Source: a virus (lineage: Duplodnaviria > Caudoviricetes). From it: a stretch of 61,467 nucleotides of DNA. The stretch covers positions 1 through 61,467 of the IMG/VR virus record IMGVR_UViG_3300007609_000021. One strand, written 5' to 3'. The position numbers and the translations under genes were made by a program. The stretch's first letter is position 1. Every line of letters begins with the position of its first letter. The notes under the pieces were generated by a model. The model made no database searches. It was not told the DNA's origin and saw nothing but the letters and a program-made list of their open reading frames with translations. Below are positions 1 to 8,597 of this stretch, one piece after another.

Positions 1-314
1 ACTTGATGGAAGAAGAATGTATCAAGAATTACAAAGCAGAAACCTTCAACACCAAAGAGAGATGACGTACAACTTACAATTAAAAATATTAAGAAATCTA
101 ACTCTAAGAATAAAGAAGTAATGAAAACACCAATACAAGAAGTTTACGAGACGAATTAATAAATAAATTATAATTATGCAAACACTAAAAGAACTCACAA
201 ACGAATCTGCTATACATAATATCTTGTATAACCACCTCATCGAAACTAAAGGTGAGTGCGATCATGATGAACATGGACAACTATTAGTAGATGTAATATG
301 GGAACTAAAAAAAG

Positions 315-351
315 AGTTAACACGAAGATAAATTGATAATATAAATGTAAC
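315..351 (+). promoter_or_regulatory. Early promoter-like repeat copy 1 (consensus RGTTRACACG-N8-TTGATAATATATATGTAAC)
   Basis: agttaacacg-aagataaa-ttgataatataaatgtaac, just upstream of the ATG at 366; spacing identical in 7 copies. Confidence 0.75.
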
Positions 352-640
352 TAAAAAATATAATTATGACTTACAATGGAATTGCAAACGACGAATTTGG
401 TATGGACTACAATCAACTAGGCCCTAATGAAAAAGAATGGGTACAAGAAGTATATGAAGAATTTAACAACTAAAAAATATAACTATGACTACTAACGAAG
501 CTACACTTGACCTCATCACTTCAATAATGGATTGCTACATAAACAAAAAAACAATCTCAGAAAAAATGTGCTTAGCTAAAATACAAAGCGCCATTGAAGA
601 GTCTTATATCCATGGATCCTTAGACAATGAATATAAATAA

Positions 641-677
641 GGTTGACACGAGACTGAATTGATAATATATATGAACA
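641..677 (+). promoter_or_regulatory. Early promoter-like repeat copy 2
   Basis: ggttgacacg-agactgaa-ttgataatatatatgaaca; intergenic, upstream of ORF 693. Confidence 0.75.
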
Positions 678-692
678 TTAAATAATATAACT

Positions 693-935
693 ATGACTAA
701 ATTTGACTTACAAAAATACTATACACACGAAGCAAAAATTGGGCCTCAAGGAGGTGGCTGGGCAGAGCCAAGTATGACTGTACAACAAATAGCTCATGCA
801 ATCTATACTGACTGGCAAAATAAAAGCGATCTTAAGAATTGGAAGCACGATCCAAGATATGTGCACAACACTAGAACTAATCAAGATGCTATACATAACA
901 TCATAAATAACTTTATCCGCCAAGACTACTTTTAA
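693..935 (+). CDS. Hypothetical early protein (80 aa)
   Basis: ORF after repeat copy 2 with A-rich leader. Confidence 0.7.
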   Translation: MTKFDLQKYYTHEAKIGPQGGGWAEPSMTVQQIAHAIYTDWQNKSDLKNWKHDPRYVHNTRTNQDAIHNIINNFIRQDYF

Positions 936-1108
936 CATAACTATGGACACACAACTAAATATACTAGAACTAGATATAATTTACAACTGTCTTGAAGATT
1001 GTTTAAATTCAGACGACTGGAAATTTAATGCAGATCCAATATCAAAAGCTATGACTAAGATTGATAAAATACGACGAAACACACGTGGCTGGGGTTATGG
1101 CGGATAAA

Positions 1109-1145
1109 GGTTGACACGAAACACATTTGATAATATATACGTAAC
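1109..1145 (+). promoter_or_regulatory. Early promoter-like repeat copy 3
   Basis: ggttgacacg-aaacacat-ttgataatatatacgtaac, upstream of ORF 1160. Confidence 0.75.
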
Positions 1146-1159
1146 TAAAAAACACAATT

Positions 1160-1381
1160 ATGCAAACACTAAAACAAAGACTTCGCCCTGAGTACAAAAA
1201 ACGACTAAAACTATATCAAAGCCATTACCCAACACTTGGCGAACGTATAAACAACAACCTCAAAGAACTTGAATGGATCGGCGATCTAAGGCTAACTGTT
1301 CTAATCGATATGAAACTAGCATTCAAATTAAAAGATGTAGCCGAAGTCTACGATATATTCTACGAGCAACATATTGACTAA
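1160..1381 (+). CDS. Hypothetical early protein (73 aa)
   Basis: ORF after repeat copy 3. Confidence 0.7.
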   Translation: MQTLKQRLRPEYKKRLKLYQSHYPTLGERINNNLKELEWIGDLRLTVLIDMKLAFKLKDVAEVYDIFYEQHID

Positions 1382-1386
1382 AAAAG

Positions 1387-1433
1387 TGCGACAATAGCCC
1401 CCTATATAACCTTATTAATAGGCTAATGTCACA
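1387..1433 (+). repeat. Bipartite inverted-repeat site A (13-bp arms, 21-bp spacer)
   Basis: tgcgacaatagcc-N21-ggctaatgtcaca; related copies at 6627 and 61125. Confidence 0.75.
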
Positions 1434-1542
1434 GTTTTGCAACAAGGTCACACTGTGAGACTCGATGTTATATCAGCACTATATATTTTCACTATAAATA
1501 AAACACATACTTTACTACTTAACTATAAATAAATTTAATACT

Positions 1543-1725
1543 ATGAATGACAACAACTTAGGACAATATAGAATTGAGCTACAGGCTGCGAAAGACACAA
1601 GACAATTAATTGAGTATAGTTTTTATGCTGAGGATATACATGCGGCATATTATGAGGCTGCGGCGTTTGCTGCAAGACAAGACGAAGAATATACATTAAA
1701 ATATTTAATTAGGGTTTGGTCATGA
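1543..1725 (+). CDS. Hypothetical protein (60 aa)
   Basis: ORF with A-rich leader in the early region. Confidence 0.6.
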   Translation: MNDNNLGQYRIELQAAKDTRQLIEYSFYAEDIHAAYYEAAAFAARQDEEYTLKYLIRVWS

Positions 1726-2026
1726 AACTATATAAAGATACAATAGAAGCAATTGCTATACACGCTGCAATTAAAAACACAGCTTTAATAGTTAGTTTTA
1801 CACAATTGAAAATTGAGTACAAACATGTGCTAAAGGAATTAATTATTGAGATGCAAAAAGAGATTGACAAAATAGATAACGATTTACAATTATGAAATAT
1901 ACAAAAGAGCAATTAGATCAATTGGTAGAATTATTTGATGCAGATGGCGTTTGGGCGCAGATGCAAGATGAGGGTCTTGAAGACGAGAGTTTTTATATTG
2001 AGCAAAAGTATTTTAATCTTTAACAA

Positions 2027-2063
2027 GGTTAACACGGTAGAACATTGATAATATATATGTAAC
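2027..2063 (+). promoter_or_regulatory. Early promoter-like repeat copy 4
   Basis: ggttaacacg-gtagaaca-ttgataatatatatgtaac, upstream of ORF 2081. Confidence 0.75.
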
Positions 2064-2080
2064 AACTAAAACAAACTAAA

Positions 2081-2686
2081 ATGAATTTACTTACACAAAA
2101 CACAAAACTAAAAAAAACCAGTAAAGAACTTGGCAAAAGGGTATTTAACTTTGGTATCCCAGCATACAAATCTGCAAGTGGTAAATTAACTTGTCCAATG
2201 GCTCTTGAATGTGTCAAGTTTTGTTACGCTAAAAAAGGTGCCTACATATGGTCTAACGTTAAACCCGCGTTTGAAAAGCGTTATGAGCTAACTAAAACAA
2301 CGGAATTTGAGGGTGCAATGATAAGTGAAATAAACAAAAAGAAAGCGGACTTTGTACGTATTCACGACTCAGGCGACTTCTATAGTAAAAAGTATTTAGA
2401 CAAGTGGTTGTATATCGCAGCAGTGATGCCTCATGTAAAATTCTATGCCTATACCAACATGGTTGCAATGTTCAAGAACATAATACTACCCGACAACTTC
2501 GACGTTATCTATAGTAACTCAGGCAAACAAAAACATTTGATTGATCGCACAATTGATCGTCACACGGAGATCTTTAAAAGTAAAGATGAACTAATAGCAG
2601 CGGGTTATGCAAACGCCTCTGAGAATGATTTGAATGCAACTAAATGGTTTAACACAACAAACAAAGTCGGGTTAATATACCACTAA
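2081..2686 (+). CDS. GP88-like (radical-SAM-related) phage protein
   Basis: TCPMALECVKFCYAKKG Cys cluster plus RIHDSGDFY and FYAYT motifs. Confidence 0.75.
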   Translation: MNLLTQNTKLKKTSKELGKRVFNFGIPAYKSASGKLTCPMALECVKFCYAKKGAYIWSNVKPAFEKRYELTKTTEFEGAMISEINKKKADFVRIHDSGDFYSKKYLDKWLYIAAVMPHVKFYAYTNMVAMFKNIILPDNFDVIYSNSGKQKHLIDRTIDRHTEIFKSKDELIAAGYANASENDLNATKWFNTTNKVGLIYH

Positions 2687-2689
2687 CAA

Positions 2690-2726
2690 GGTTAACACGA
2701 ACAACAATTGATAATATATATGTAAC
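2690..2726 (+). promoter_or_regulatory. Early promoter-like repeat copy 5
   Basis: ggttaacacg-aacaacaa-ttgataatatatatgtaac. Confidence 0.75.
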
Positions 2727-2886
2727 AACTAAAAACTATAACTATGACACAATTTCAAGAAAACCTACAAGCTATGATAATAGATAATGTAAAAGAAGAA
2801 GTTAAAAAACACAACAACCTACAAACAACTGATAGCGCTTTGCTTTACAATTTACAACAATATTTAAAATATAACAACATATAACT

Positions 2887-3186
2887 ATGACACACTTTGA
2901 AAGACTTTACACTGAACGAGTTTTACTTGACTTAAAAGATTATCATATTCAAGATCAAGACGACTACCACGATGCTATACACGAGATCATTGACAACATG
3001 TGTACTTATACTAGCGACAACAAACAAGCAGTTGACGATTTAAACTATGATGTATTTGCAGAAGATCAATTATTTGGCAAAGCTGAAAACTGGGCTCAAG
3101 CAGCTTATGCAGCAATCTACGATAACTTTTATAACAACGGGCCATCATTTGAAGAATTTGCAGCTAACGAATTAATCCCACAATAA
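2887..3186 (+). CDS. Acidic hypothetical protein (99 aa)
   Basis: ORF with taactATG leader; Asp/Glu-rich. Confidence 0.7.
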   Translation: MTHFERLYTERVLLDLKDYHIQDQDDYHDAIHEIIDNMCTYTSDNKQAVDDLNYDVFAEDQLFGKAENWAQAAYAAIYDNFYNNGPSFEEFAANELIPQ

Positions 3187-3461
3187 TGTATACAGAAAAC
3201 AATTTTGAAATTCACTGGAAAGACGGTACAAGAACTTACAAAAAAAACAACAAAATTATGACTACACAAATATTAAGAAAACCAGAATACCAAGAACTAT
3301 CTAGTGATCTATACGAACTTACTTGCGACTTTGTAAGCGAGCAACTACTTGAAATGCTTTATGACAAAGATATAATCAAGGAGACAGACGACGAAGCAAT
3401 GGAAATATTTAATAAAACATTAAAACAATATTATAACACACACTTAACTAAAACTTGGTAA
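3186..3461 (+). CDS. Hypothetical protein
   Basis: Coupled ORF (TAATG overlap). Confidence 0.6.
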   Translation: MYTENNFEIHWKDGTRTYKKNNKIMTTQILRKPEYQELSSDLYELTCDFVSEQLLEMLYDKDIIKETDDEAMEIFNKTLKQYYNTHLTKTW

Positions 3462-3805
3462 TTATGTCACACTATAAAAAATTAGTAATTGAAAAGTCAG
3501 GCGCAATACTTGACACCGAACACAGAGGATCAGATTATGATGTTACTTTTGAATCTATATTAACAGCTGATGGTCACGATATTTATGCGGCTATGGATCA
3601 AGGCGATTGGAAAAATGTAATGACTGATAGAGATTTATATATAGATGCTTCAATGCTGCAAGATGAAATTGAATCCGCGATTAACTTAGGATCTAATATA
3701 TATGTTGATCAGTATATACTTGACGCATGCGAATTAGACGACGACAGCGACCGCTGGGAACACTTATGGAATGATTGGTATATAAATAACCTTGGATTTT
3801 TATAA
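3455..3805 (+). CDS. Acidic hypothetical protein
   Basis: Tightly packed ORF; real start probably the ATG at 3464. Confidence 0.65.
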   Translation: MVIMSHYKKLVIEKSGAILDTEHRGSDYDVTFESILTADGHDIYAAMDQGDWKNVMTDRDLYIDASMLQDEIESAINLGSNIYVDQYILDACELDDDSDRWEHLWNDWYINNLGFL

Positions 3806-3816
3806 TATTATACACA

Positions 3817-4005
3817 ATGACTAAAGAAGAATTTTTACAATACAAAGAAGAGCAGCGCAAGCAATCAGCTTATGCACGTATCAAAAAATTAGCAGGCCTT
3901 GGCGAATGCAAAGGATTAACCGACGAAGAGTGGGACACTATTGAAACACCCGGCAAGTCAAGATTTAAAAATAGCTTAATTAAACAAAGTTCATTTAAAA
4001 AATAA
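3817..4005 (+). CDS. Hypothetical protein (62 aa)
   Basis: ORF in operon. Confidence 0.6.
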   Translation: MTKEEFLQYKEEQRKQSAYARIKKLAGLGECKGLTDEEWDTIETPGKSRFKNSLIKQSSFKK

Positions 4006-4042
4006 ACTTAACACGAAAAGCAATTGATAATTTAGATGTATG
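4006..4042 (+). promoter_or_regulatory. Early promoter-like repeat copy 6 (diverged)
   Basis: acttaacacg-aaaagcaa-ttgataatttagatgtatg. Confidence 0.65.
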
Positions 4043-4293
4043 ATAGATAAAAATCTAATAACACCCGGCAACAAACGTGCTACAATAGTTTCAAAATTAT
4101 TTAAAGCATTAGCTTTACTCACTTGGGCGGCAACAAATTATATTATATATATTAAATTTAAATAGTGTTACACAAAAAAAATTAAACTTATGGAAGAAAT
4201 ATTAAAATTAAATGCAAGTAATGAACAATTAATTCGTATCTTAGCATCAATGCACGATCGTATAACTGATTTAGAAACTCAAATAGATAGAGA

Positions 4294-4542
4294 ATGGATA
4301 TAAGAGAGAAAGCACACAATAAGATTAATTCTAAGCTACAAAATGCTATACACAAATGGCAACAAGCTGAAGCTGACGACTGGCAATGGATGGGTATTGA
4401 TGAAAGCCCCGCTGTAAAACGCAATCAGATCAAACAACATAAACAAGAAGTAGAAATATATAAACACATTTTAAAATTAATTACAGATGACAGAGTCCGA
4501 CATGCAGCGATTAGCAACCTTGATAGCGGAAAAAATATTTGA
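4294..4542 (+). CDS. Hypothetical protein (82 aa)
   Basis: ORF in operon. Confidence 0.6.
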   Translation: MDIREKAHNKINSKLQNAIHKWQQAEADDWQWMGIDESPAVKRNQIKQHKQEVEIYKHILKLITDDRVRHAAISNLDSGKNI

Positions 4543-4759
4543 GGTAAGCGAACGACGTGCAGCCGAAGAACCTGAAAAGTTTTACGCCGTTGATGATCAA
4601 GGCGATAGGTATGAAATAACTGAATATGAATTCATAAGTTTTCAAATTGAAGAGCTACAAGATATTGAACGCGAGCACGTTAACAAAGAAGAATACCAAG
4701 AAGCATTAAACATTCAAAAAAAAATACAAATATTAAAAGATAAAAGAAACAAATTATGA
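4487..4759 (+). CDS. Hypothetical protein with possible C-terminal UVR-like helix pair
   Basis: EHVNKEEYQEALNIQKKIQIL resembles the UvrB/C motif. Confidence 0.55.
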   Translation: MTESDMQRLATLIAEKIFEVSERRAAEEPEKFYAVDDQGDRYEITEYEFISFQIEELQDIEREHVNKEEYQEALNIQKKIQILKDKRNKL

Positions 4760-4989
4760 AAGTAACTAAAGAAAACCTAGAAGTAAACTCAAGTGCAATT
4801 TTAAAAATGTCTTATAGCTTTGAAGACAAGCTGCTGACCGTTAAGTTTGCAAGCAACCGAACTTATGAGTTTAAAAATGTAACCGCTGAAATATTCTATG
4901 CAATGAAACATTCAGATTCAATTGGTAAGTTCTTTAATAAGAACATTAGATGGAATTATAAATTCAACCCTTTAACTAAAAGTTTATAA
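4756..4989 (+). CDS. KTSC domain protein
   Basis: VNSSAI..SY....LTVKF....YEFKNV....F.....S.SIGKFFNKNIR matches the KTSC pattern. Confidence 0.85.
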   Translation: MKVTKENLEVNSSAILKMSYSFEDKLLTVKFASNRTYEFKNVTAEIFYAMKHSDSIGKFFNKNIRWNYKFNPLTKSL

Positions 4990-5143
4990 TGGGTAAGCTT
5001 ATAATAATTGATAGCAGGGGTCGTCATGAGTATCTGATCAATACAAGAATGGCGTCTCATGTTATCGATGATACAACAAACAGAATATTGCAAGATTTTC
5101 CTCAAGATGCAATAGTAGATTTTGAACAATTATATTAAATATT

Positions 5144-5653
5144 ATGACAGTACAACTAGAAACTATACGAGATTACATTGAAGCTAACATTAAAGTTAGT
5201 TTAAAAAAGAAAACAAGAACCAGAGATATGGCTTATGCAAGAGCTGTATACTATAAGCTTGCTAAAAGATATACGGTGCAGCCATTGTCGTCTATTGGTA
5301 AGTTAGTTGATAGAGATCACGCAACAGTGTTACACGGTTTAAAACTTTTTGATGAAGCTGTTATGTATTCAGAGCCACTTAAAGTTGTGTATGAATCATT
5401 CTCTGTTAATGTAGAAAACAAAAACATTGAAGATGCAGAATCTAATATGCTAGATATTAAAAAGTTAGTTGAACAAAACAAAAGACTAAGAAGAAAAGTA
5501 TTTAAACAAAACCTTGAAATAGATGTTCTAAAGAAACAAAAAATAGAACCTAAAAATAAAACAGAAGAGTTTATAGATTTAATTAATTCAGTGGACGAGG
5601 ACAAGCTTGATATGCTATACACACGTCTTGACGCAATTGTAAAAATGATATGA
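5144..5653 (+). CDS. DnaA C-terminal-like HTH DNA-binding protein with coiled coil
   Basis: RTRDMAYARAVYYKLAK...LSSIGKLVDRDHATVLHGLK matches the DnaA domain IV signature. Confidence 0.75.
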   Translation: MTVQLETIRDYIEANIKVSLKKKTRTRDMAYARAVYYKLAKRYTVQPLSSIGKLVDRDHATVLHGLKLFDEAVMYSEPLKVVYESFSVNVENKNIEDAESNMLDIKKLVEQNKRLRRKVFKQNLEIDVLKKQKIEPKNKTEEFIDLINSVDEDKLDMLYTRLDAIVKMI

Positions 5654-6012
5654 AAACATACAAAGTTACAGTAGAAGAATGGGGTACCATAAGATGGTAC
5701 AATGAAAACAATGAGCTTCACAGAGAAGATGGACCAGCTATTGAATGGTTTAATGGATCTAAATCTTGGTATTTAAATGGCAATCTACACAGAGAAGATG
5801 GCCCAGCTGCTGAATATTCTGATGGTTATAAAGCTTGGTTCCTAAATGGAAAACGTCACAGAGAAGATGGACCAGCTATTGAATGTTCTAATGGCGATAA
5901 AGCTTGGTATATTAAAGACAAACAACTAACCGAAGAAGAATTTAACAATAGAAAAAAACCTTGCATCGGTAAGAAAGTAGTAATAGATGGAATCGAATAT
6001 ACTTTAAAATAA
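5650..6012 (+). CDS. LHREDGPA-repeat (MORN-like) protein
   Basis: Three tandem ~22-aa HREDGPA(I/A)E repeats. Confidence 0.8.
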   Translation: MKTYKVTVEEWGTIRWYNENNELHREDGPAIEWFNGSKSWYLNGNLHREDGPAAEYSDGYKAWFLNGKRHREDGPAIECSNGDKAWYIKDKQLTEEEFNNRKKPCIGKKVVIDGIEYTLK

Positions 6013-6182
6013 AAACAAATGAACAAACAACCTTACAGAATAACAATAGAACAGTACGAGTATAAATACTCTGTAGAAGTAGACCATTCAGATATAGACT
6101 TTACAGAGTATATAGACCTTTTAAGAAAAATAACATTAGCAGCATCTTGGGGCACAGAAGCAGTTAATGAATTTTTTGATGA

Positions 6183-6245
6183 GTAAACTAATATGTTCAC
6201 ATTGTGTTTACATTTATGTATAAAAGTAAACCAATATGTTTACAT
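6183..6245. repeat. Two GTAAAC-N6-GTT(T/C)AC palindromes 43 bp apart
   Basis: gtaaactaatatgttcac (6183) and gtaaaccaatatgtttac (6226); extra gtttac at 6206. Confidence 0.55.
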
Positions 6246-6284
6246 ATAAATCAAACAATTTAGTTTAATTGAAAAGAATAAATT

Positions 6285-6626
6285 ATGAAAACATTAATAG
6301 TAAGTATAGTAGCATGCGTAACAGCAACTGTTTACAATGCAGTACCCGAACAAACCAATGAGGATCCATTACATACGGCATCAATGTATGAAATAGATTT
6401 AGAAGATCCATATAAACATCGTATATTAGCTGTATCGCGAGATTTATACAAATTAGGGTATAAGTTCGGCACTAAAGTAAAAGTGTCCTGTGGGTGTCCA
6501 TATGAAGGCGTATGGGTAGTTAGAGACCTAATGAATAAACGATATAAAAAAAGAATTGATTTTTTAATCAATGAGGATATGCCAATCGGCAAATGGAACA
6601 ACGTTCAAATTAATATAACCCAATAA
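6285..6626 (+). CDS. 3D-domain-like cell-wall-associated protein
   Basis: TATVY, ILAVSRD, FGTKV, VVRD and RIDFL motifs; hydrophobic N-terminus. Confidence 0.7.
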   Translation: MKTLIVSIVACVTATVYNAVPEQTNEDPLHTASMYEIDLEDPYKHRILAVSRDLYKLGYKFGTKVKVSCGCPYEGVWVVRDLMNKRYKKRIDFLINEDMPIGKWNNVQINITQ

Positions 6627-6675
6627 TGCGACGTTAGGCCATTAAGTAAATATATAGTAGGGGGCTAATGTCACA
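6627..6675 (-). repeat. Bipartite inverted-repeat site B (opposite orientation; overlaps the ATG of gene 6668)
   Basis: Reverse complement reads tgtgacattagccccctactatata...ggcctaacgtcgca. Confidence 0.75.
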
Positions 6676-7315
6676 CAATAGAAATTTGAAATATTTAATC
6701 CAAAACCGCATCGTATACAGAAGCGATCCTAAAAATGATCAGCCTACTGAGGTTTATCCTTGGGGTTATTATTTTGAAGACGGAACATATGAGTGTTACT
6801 CACTGTTCAATTCTAAAGCAAAGATAACATCGTATAAATCTTTAAAGTGGCATCTATTAGTATTATGGTATTTAAACCCTCAATTAGATTATGATAAGTT
6901 TGTAAATATTAGTAACTTTATAGCGGATAAGTCAAATGGTTTTACTACATTTACTCCATCAGCGGATGTTATAAGCAACATAACCAGCGACATAAACAAA
7001 ACTGATTTAGAAAAACCGCCTAAGAATAGAAAGCGTAAAGTTATATTTAAAGACAACACAGGGCTTACTACAAGTGAGAAACTTAAAATTGTAGGTTCTA
7101 TTATAGGTAAACATAGAAAAGCTGAACCAGAAGATATATATGATGCTATGATATGTATTCATGAGTTAGACCAAAAAATAACAATATCCAAAATAGCAAA
7201 ATTTTTAAACGTAACAACTAGAACTATATATAGAAGCATAACTGATGAACTGAATGAAATAAAAGCAAAATTAAATAATGAAAAAATTCAACGTTCCAAA
7301 TTACGTAAAGTATAA
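6668..7315 (+). CDS. HTH DNA-binding protein, possible replication initiator or regulator
   Basis: C-terminal ITISKIAKFLNVTTRTIYRSI helix-turn-helix. Confidence 0.6.
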   Translation: MSHNRNLKYLIQNRIVYRSDPKNDQPTEVYPWGYYFEDGTYECYSLFNSKAKITSYKSLKWHLLVLWYLNPQLDYDKFVNISNFIADKSNGFTTFTPSADVISNITSDINKTDLEKPPKNRKRKVIFKDNTGLTTSEKLKIVGSIIGKHRKAEPEDIYDAMICIHELDQKITISKIAKFLNVTTRTIYRSITDELNEIKAKLNNEKIQRSKLRKV

Positions 7316-8051
7316 AGATGACGTGCAACAGAGCATAGACCGTGTGATAGAGAATCACCAAGATGAAGAACCTAATCAAGAATGGTCTCGCGACGAATTA
7401 ATTATTTACTTTCTGCCTTTAGTTGAAGAGATTGCAAGAAGATTTTCAACATCAGATCAAGCGTCTGGGGTAATGGACATTTCAGATTTAATACAAGATG
7501 GTTCTATAGGTTTAGTACATGCTGTTGACAGAATAGATTGGGAGACAGTTAATATAAGTGCAGATAAGCTTAATACTTTAAGATCTTTTTTATCTAAAAG
7601 AATTAAAGGGGCTATACGAAGAGCTATTGATATTAATAGAGGTGATATAAGAATACCAGAGCATAAGCTCAATGAGATAAGACGTACTGAAGATGAGAAC
7701 GACAAAATAGTGCAAATGTTTTTTAATAGCATATTCTTAAGTATAGATTCATATGCTACTGAAGATGAAAACATAATGCACGAAGTTGAAGATAAATCTG
7801 AAACATATAATATAGATTTAATGAATGCTTACTTGCTTACGCTAATGGATAAACATCTTAATGAAAAAGAATACGAAGTATTAAGAATGAGCTATGGATT
7901 AGATTGCGAAAAGTATTCTGCGAAAGATATAGCAGACAAATTAAATATAGAAGGTACAGCTAGCTATGTTAGAGTATCACAAATAAAAAGAGAAGCAATA
8001 GATAAACTTATAGCAAGCGTGCACCCAGACCAAGTAATAGATTTTTTATAA
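7278..8051 (+). CDS. Phage sigma-70-family RNA polymerase sigma factor
   Basis: Region 2 (LPLVEEIARRF..DLIQDGSIGLVHAVD..RIKGAIRRAI..IRIP) and region 4 (LNEKEYEVLRMSYGL..SAKDIADKL..RVSQIKREAIDKL). Confidence 0.85.
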   Translation: MKKFNVPNYVKYKDDVQQSIDRVIENHQDEEPNQEWSRDELIIYFLPLVEEIARRFSTSDQASGVMDISDLIQDGSIGLVHAVDRIDWETVNISADKLNTLRSFLSKRIKGAIRRAIDINRGDIRIPEHKLNEIRRTEDENDKIVQMFFNSIFLSIDSYATEDENIMHEVEDKSETYNIDLMNAYLLTLMDKHLNEKEYEVLRMSYGLDCEKYSAKDIADKLNIEGTASYVRVSQIKREAIDKLIASVHPDQVIDFL

Positions 8052-8072
8052 ACCATAAAACCCACACACACA

Positions 8073-8597
8073 ATGAAACTACACGAAAAACTAAGTAAGA
8101 TTCAAATTGAATTTAAATCAAAGAAAAGTAGATTTAATTCTTTTGGTAAGTATAACTTTAGATCCGCTGAAGATATACTTGAAGGACTGAAGCCTTTTAA
8201 TGATAAGTACAATGTATACTTTAAAGTAGACGAAGAACTTATTGCCACTGATCCAGTCCCAATGTTTAAATCAATAGCTACAATATCTGACGGAACAGAT
8301 ACAATATCTGCGACAGCTTTAGTAGGAGTTGACTTAAATCAAAAAGGAATGCAAGTACCTCAACAGTACGGTAGTGGTTCTTCATATGGGAAAAAATATG
8401 CGTTAGGAAACTTATTATTAATAGATGATACAGCTGATTCAGATGCAACAAACCAACACGGTAGAGCAGTCTCTAAGCCTAAATTAGAAGGCACTGCCCT
8501 GGAAAAAGCAAAGGAATTTATTAAATCAGGTAAAGGAACTATAGAGGATATTAAAAAGAAATACGAAGTAGATCCTAAACTTTTAAAAACACTATAA
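8073..8597 (+). CDS. Erf-like ssDNA annealing protein
   Basis: FGKYNFRSAEDIL and GSGSSYGKKYALGNLLLIDD motifs. Confidence 0.8.
   Translation: MKLHEKLSKIQIEFKSKKSRFNSFGKYNFRSAEDILEGLKPFNDKYNVYFKVDEELIATDPVPMFKSIATISDGTDTISATALVGVDLNQKGMQVPQQYGSGSSYGKKYALGNLLLIDDTADSDATNQHGRAVSKPKLEGTALEKAKEFIKSGKGTIEDIKKKYEVDPKLLKTL

Noticed and set aside
1441-1475. Possible eighth promoter repeat (aacaaggtcacac...)
   Set aside because: Only the left flank resembles the motif; the TTGATAAT box is missing
315-4042. CRISPR array or integron attC sites for the 37-bp repeats
   Set aside because: Copies are separated by hundreds of bases of genes, have a variable internal 8-mer and lack palindromic attC structure; no cas or integrase gene is present
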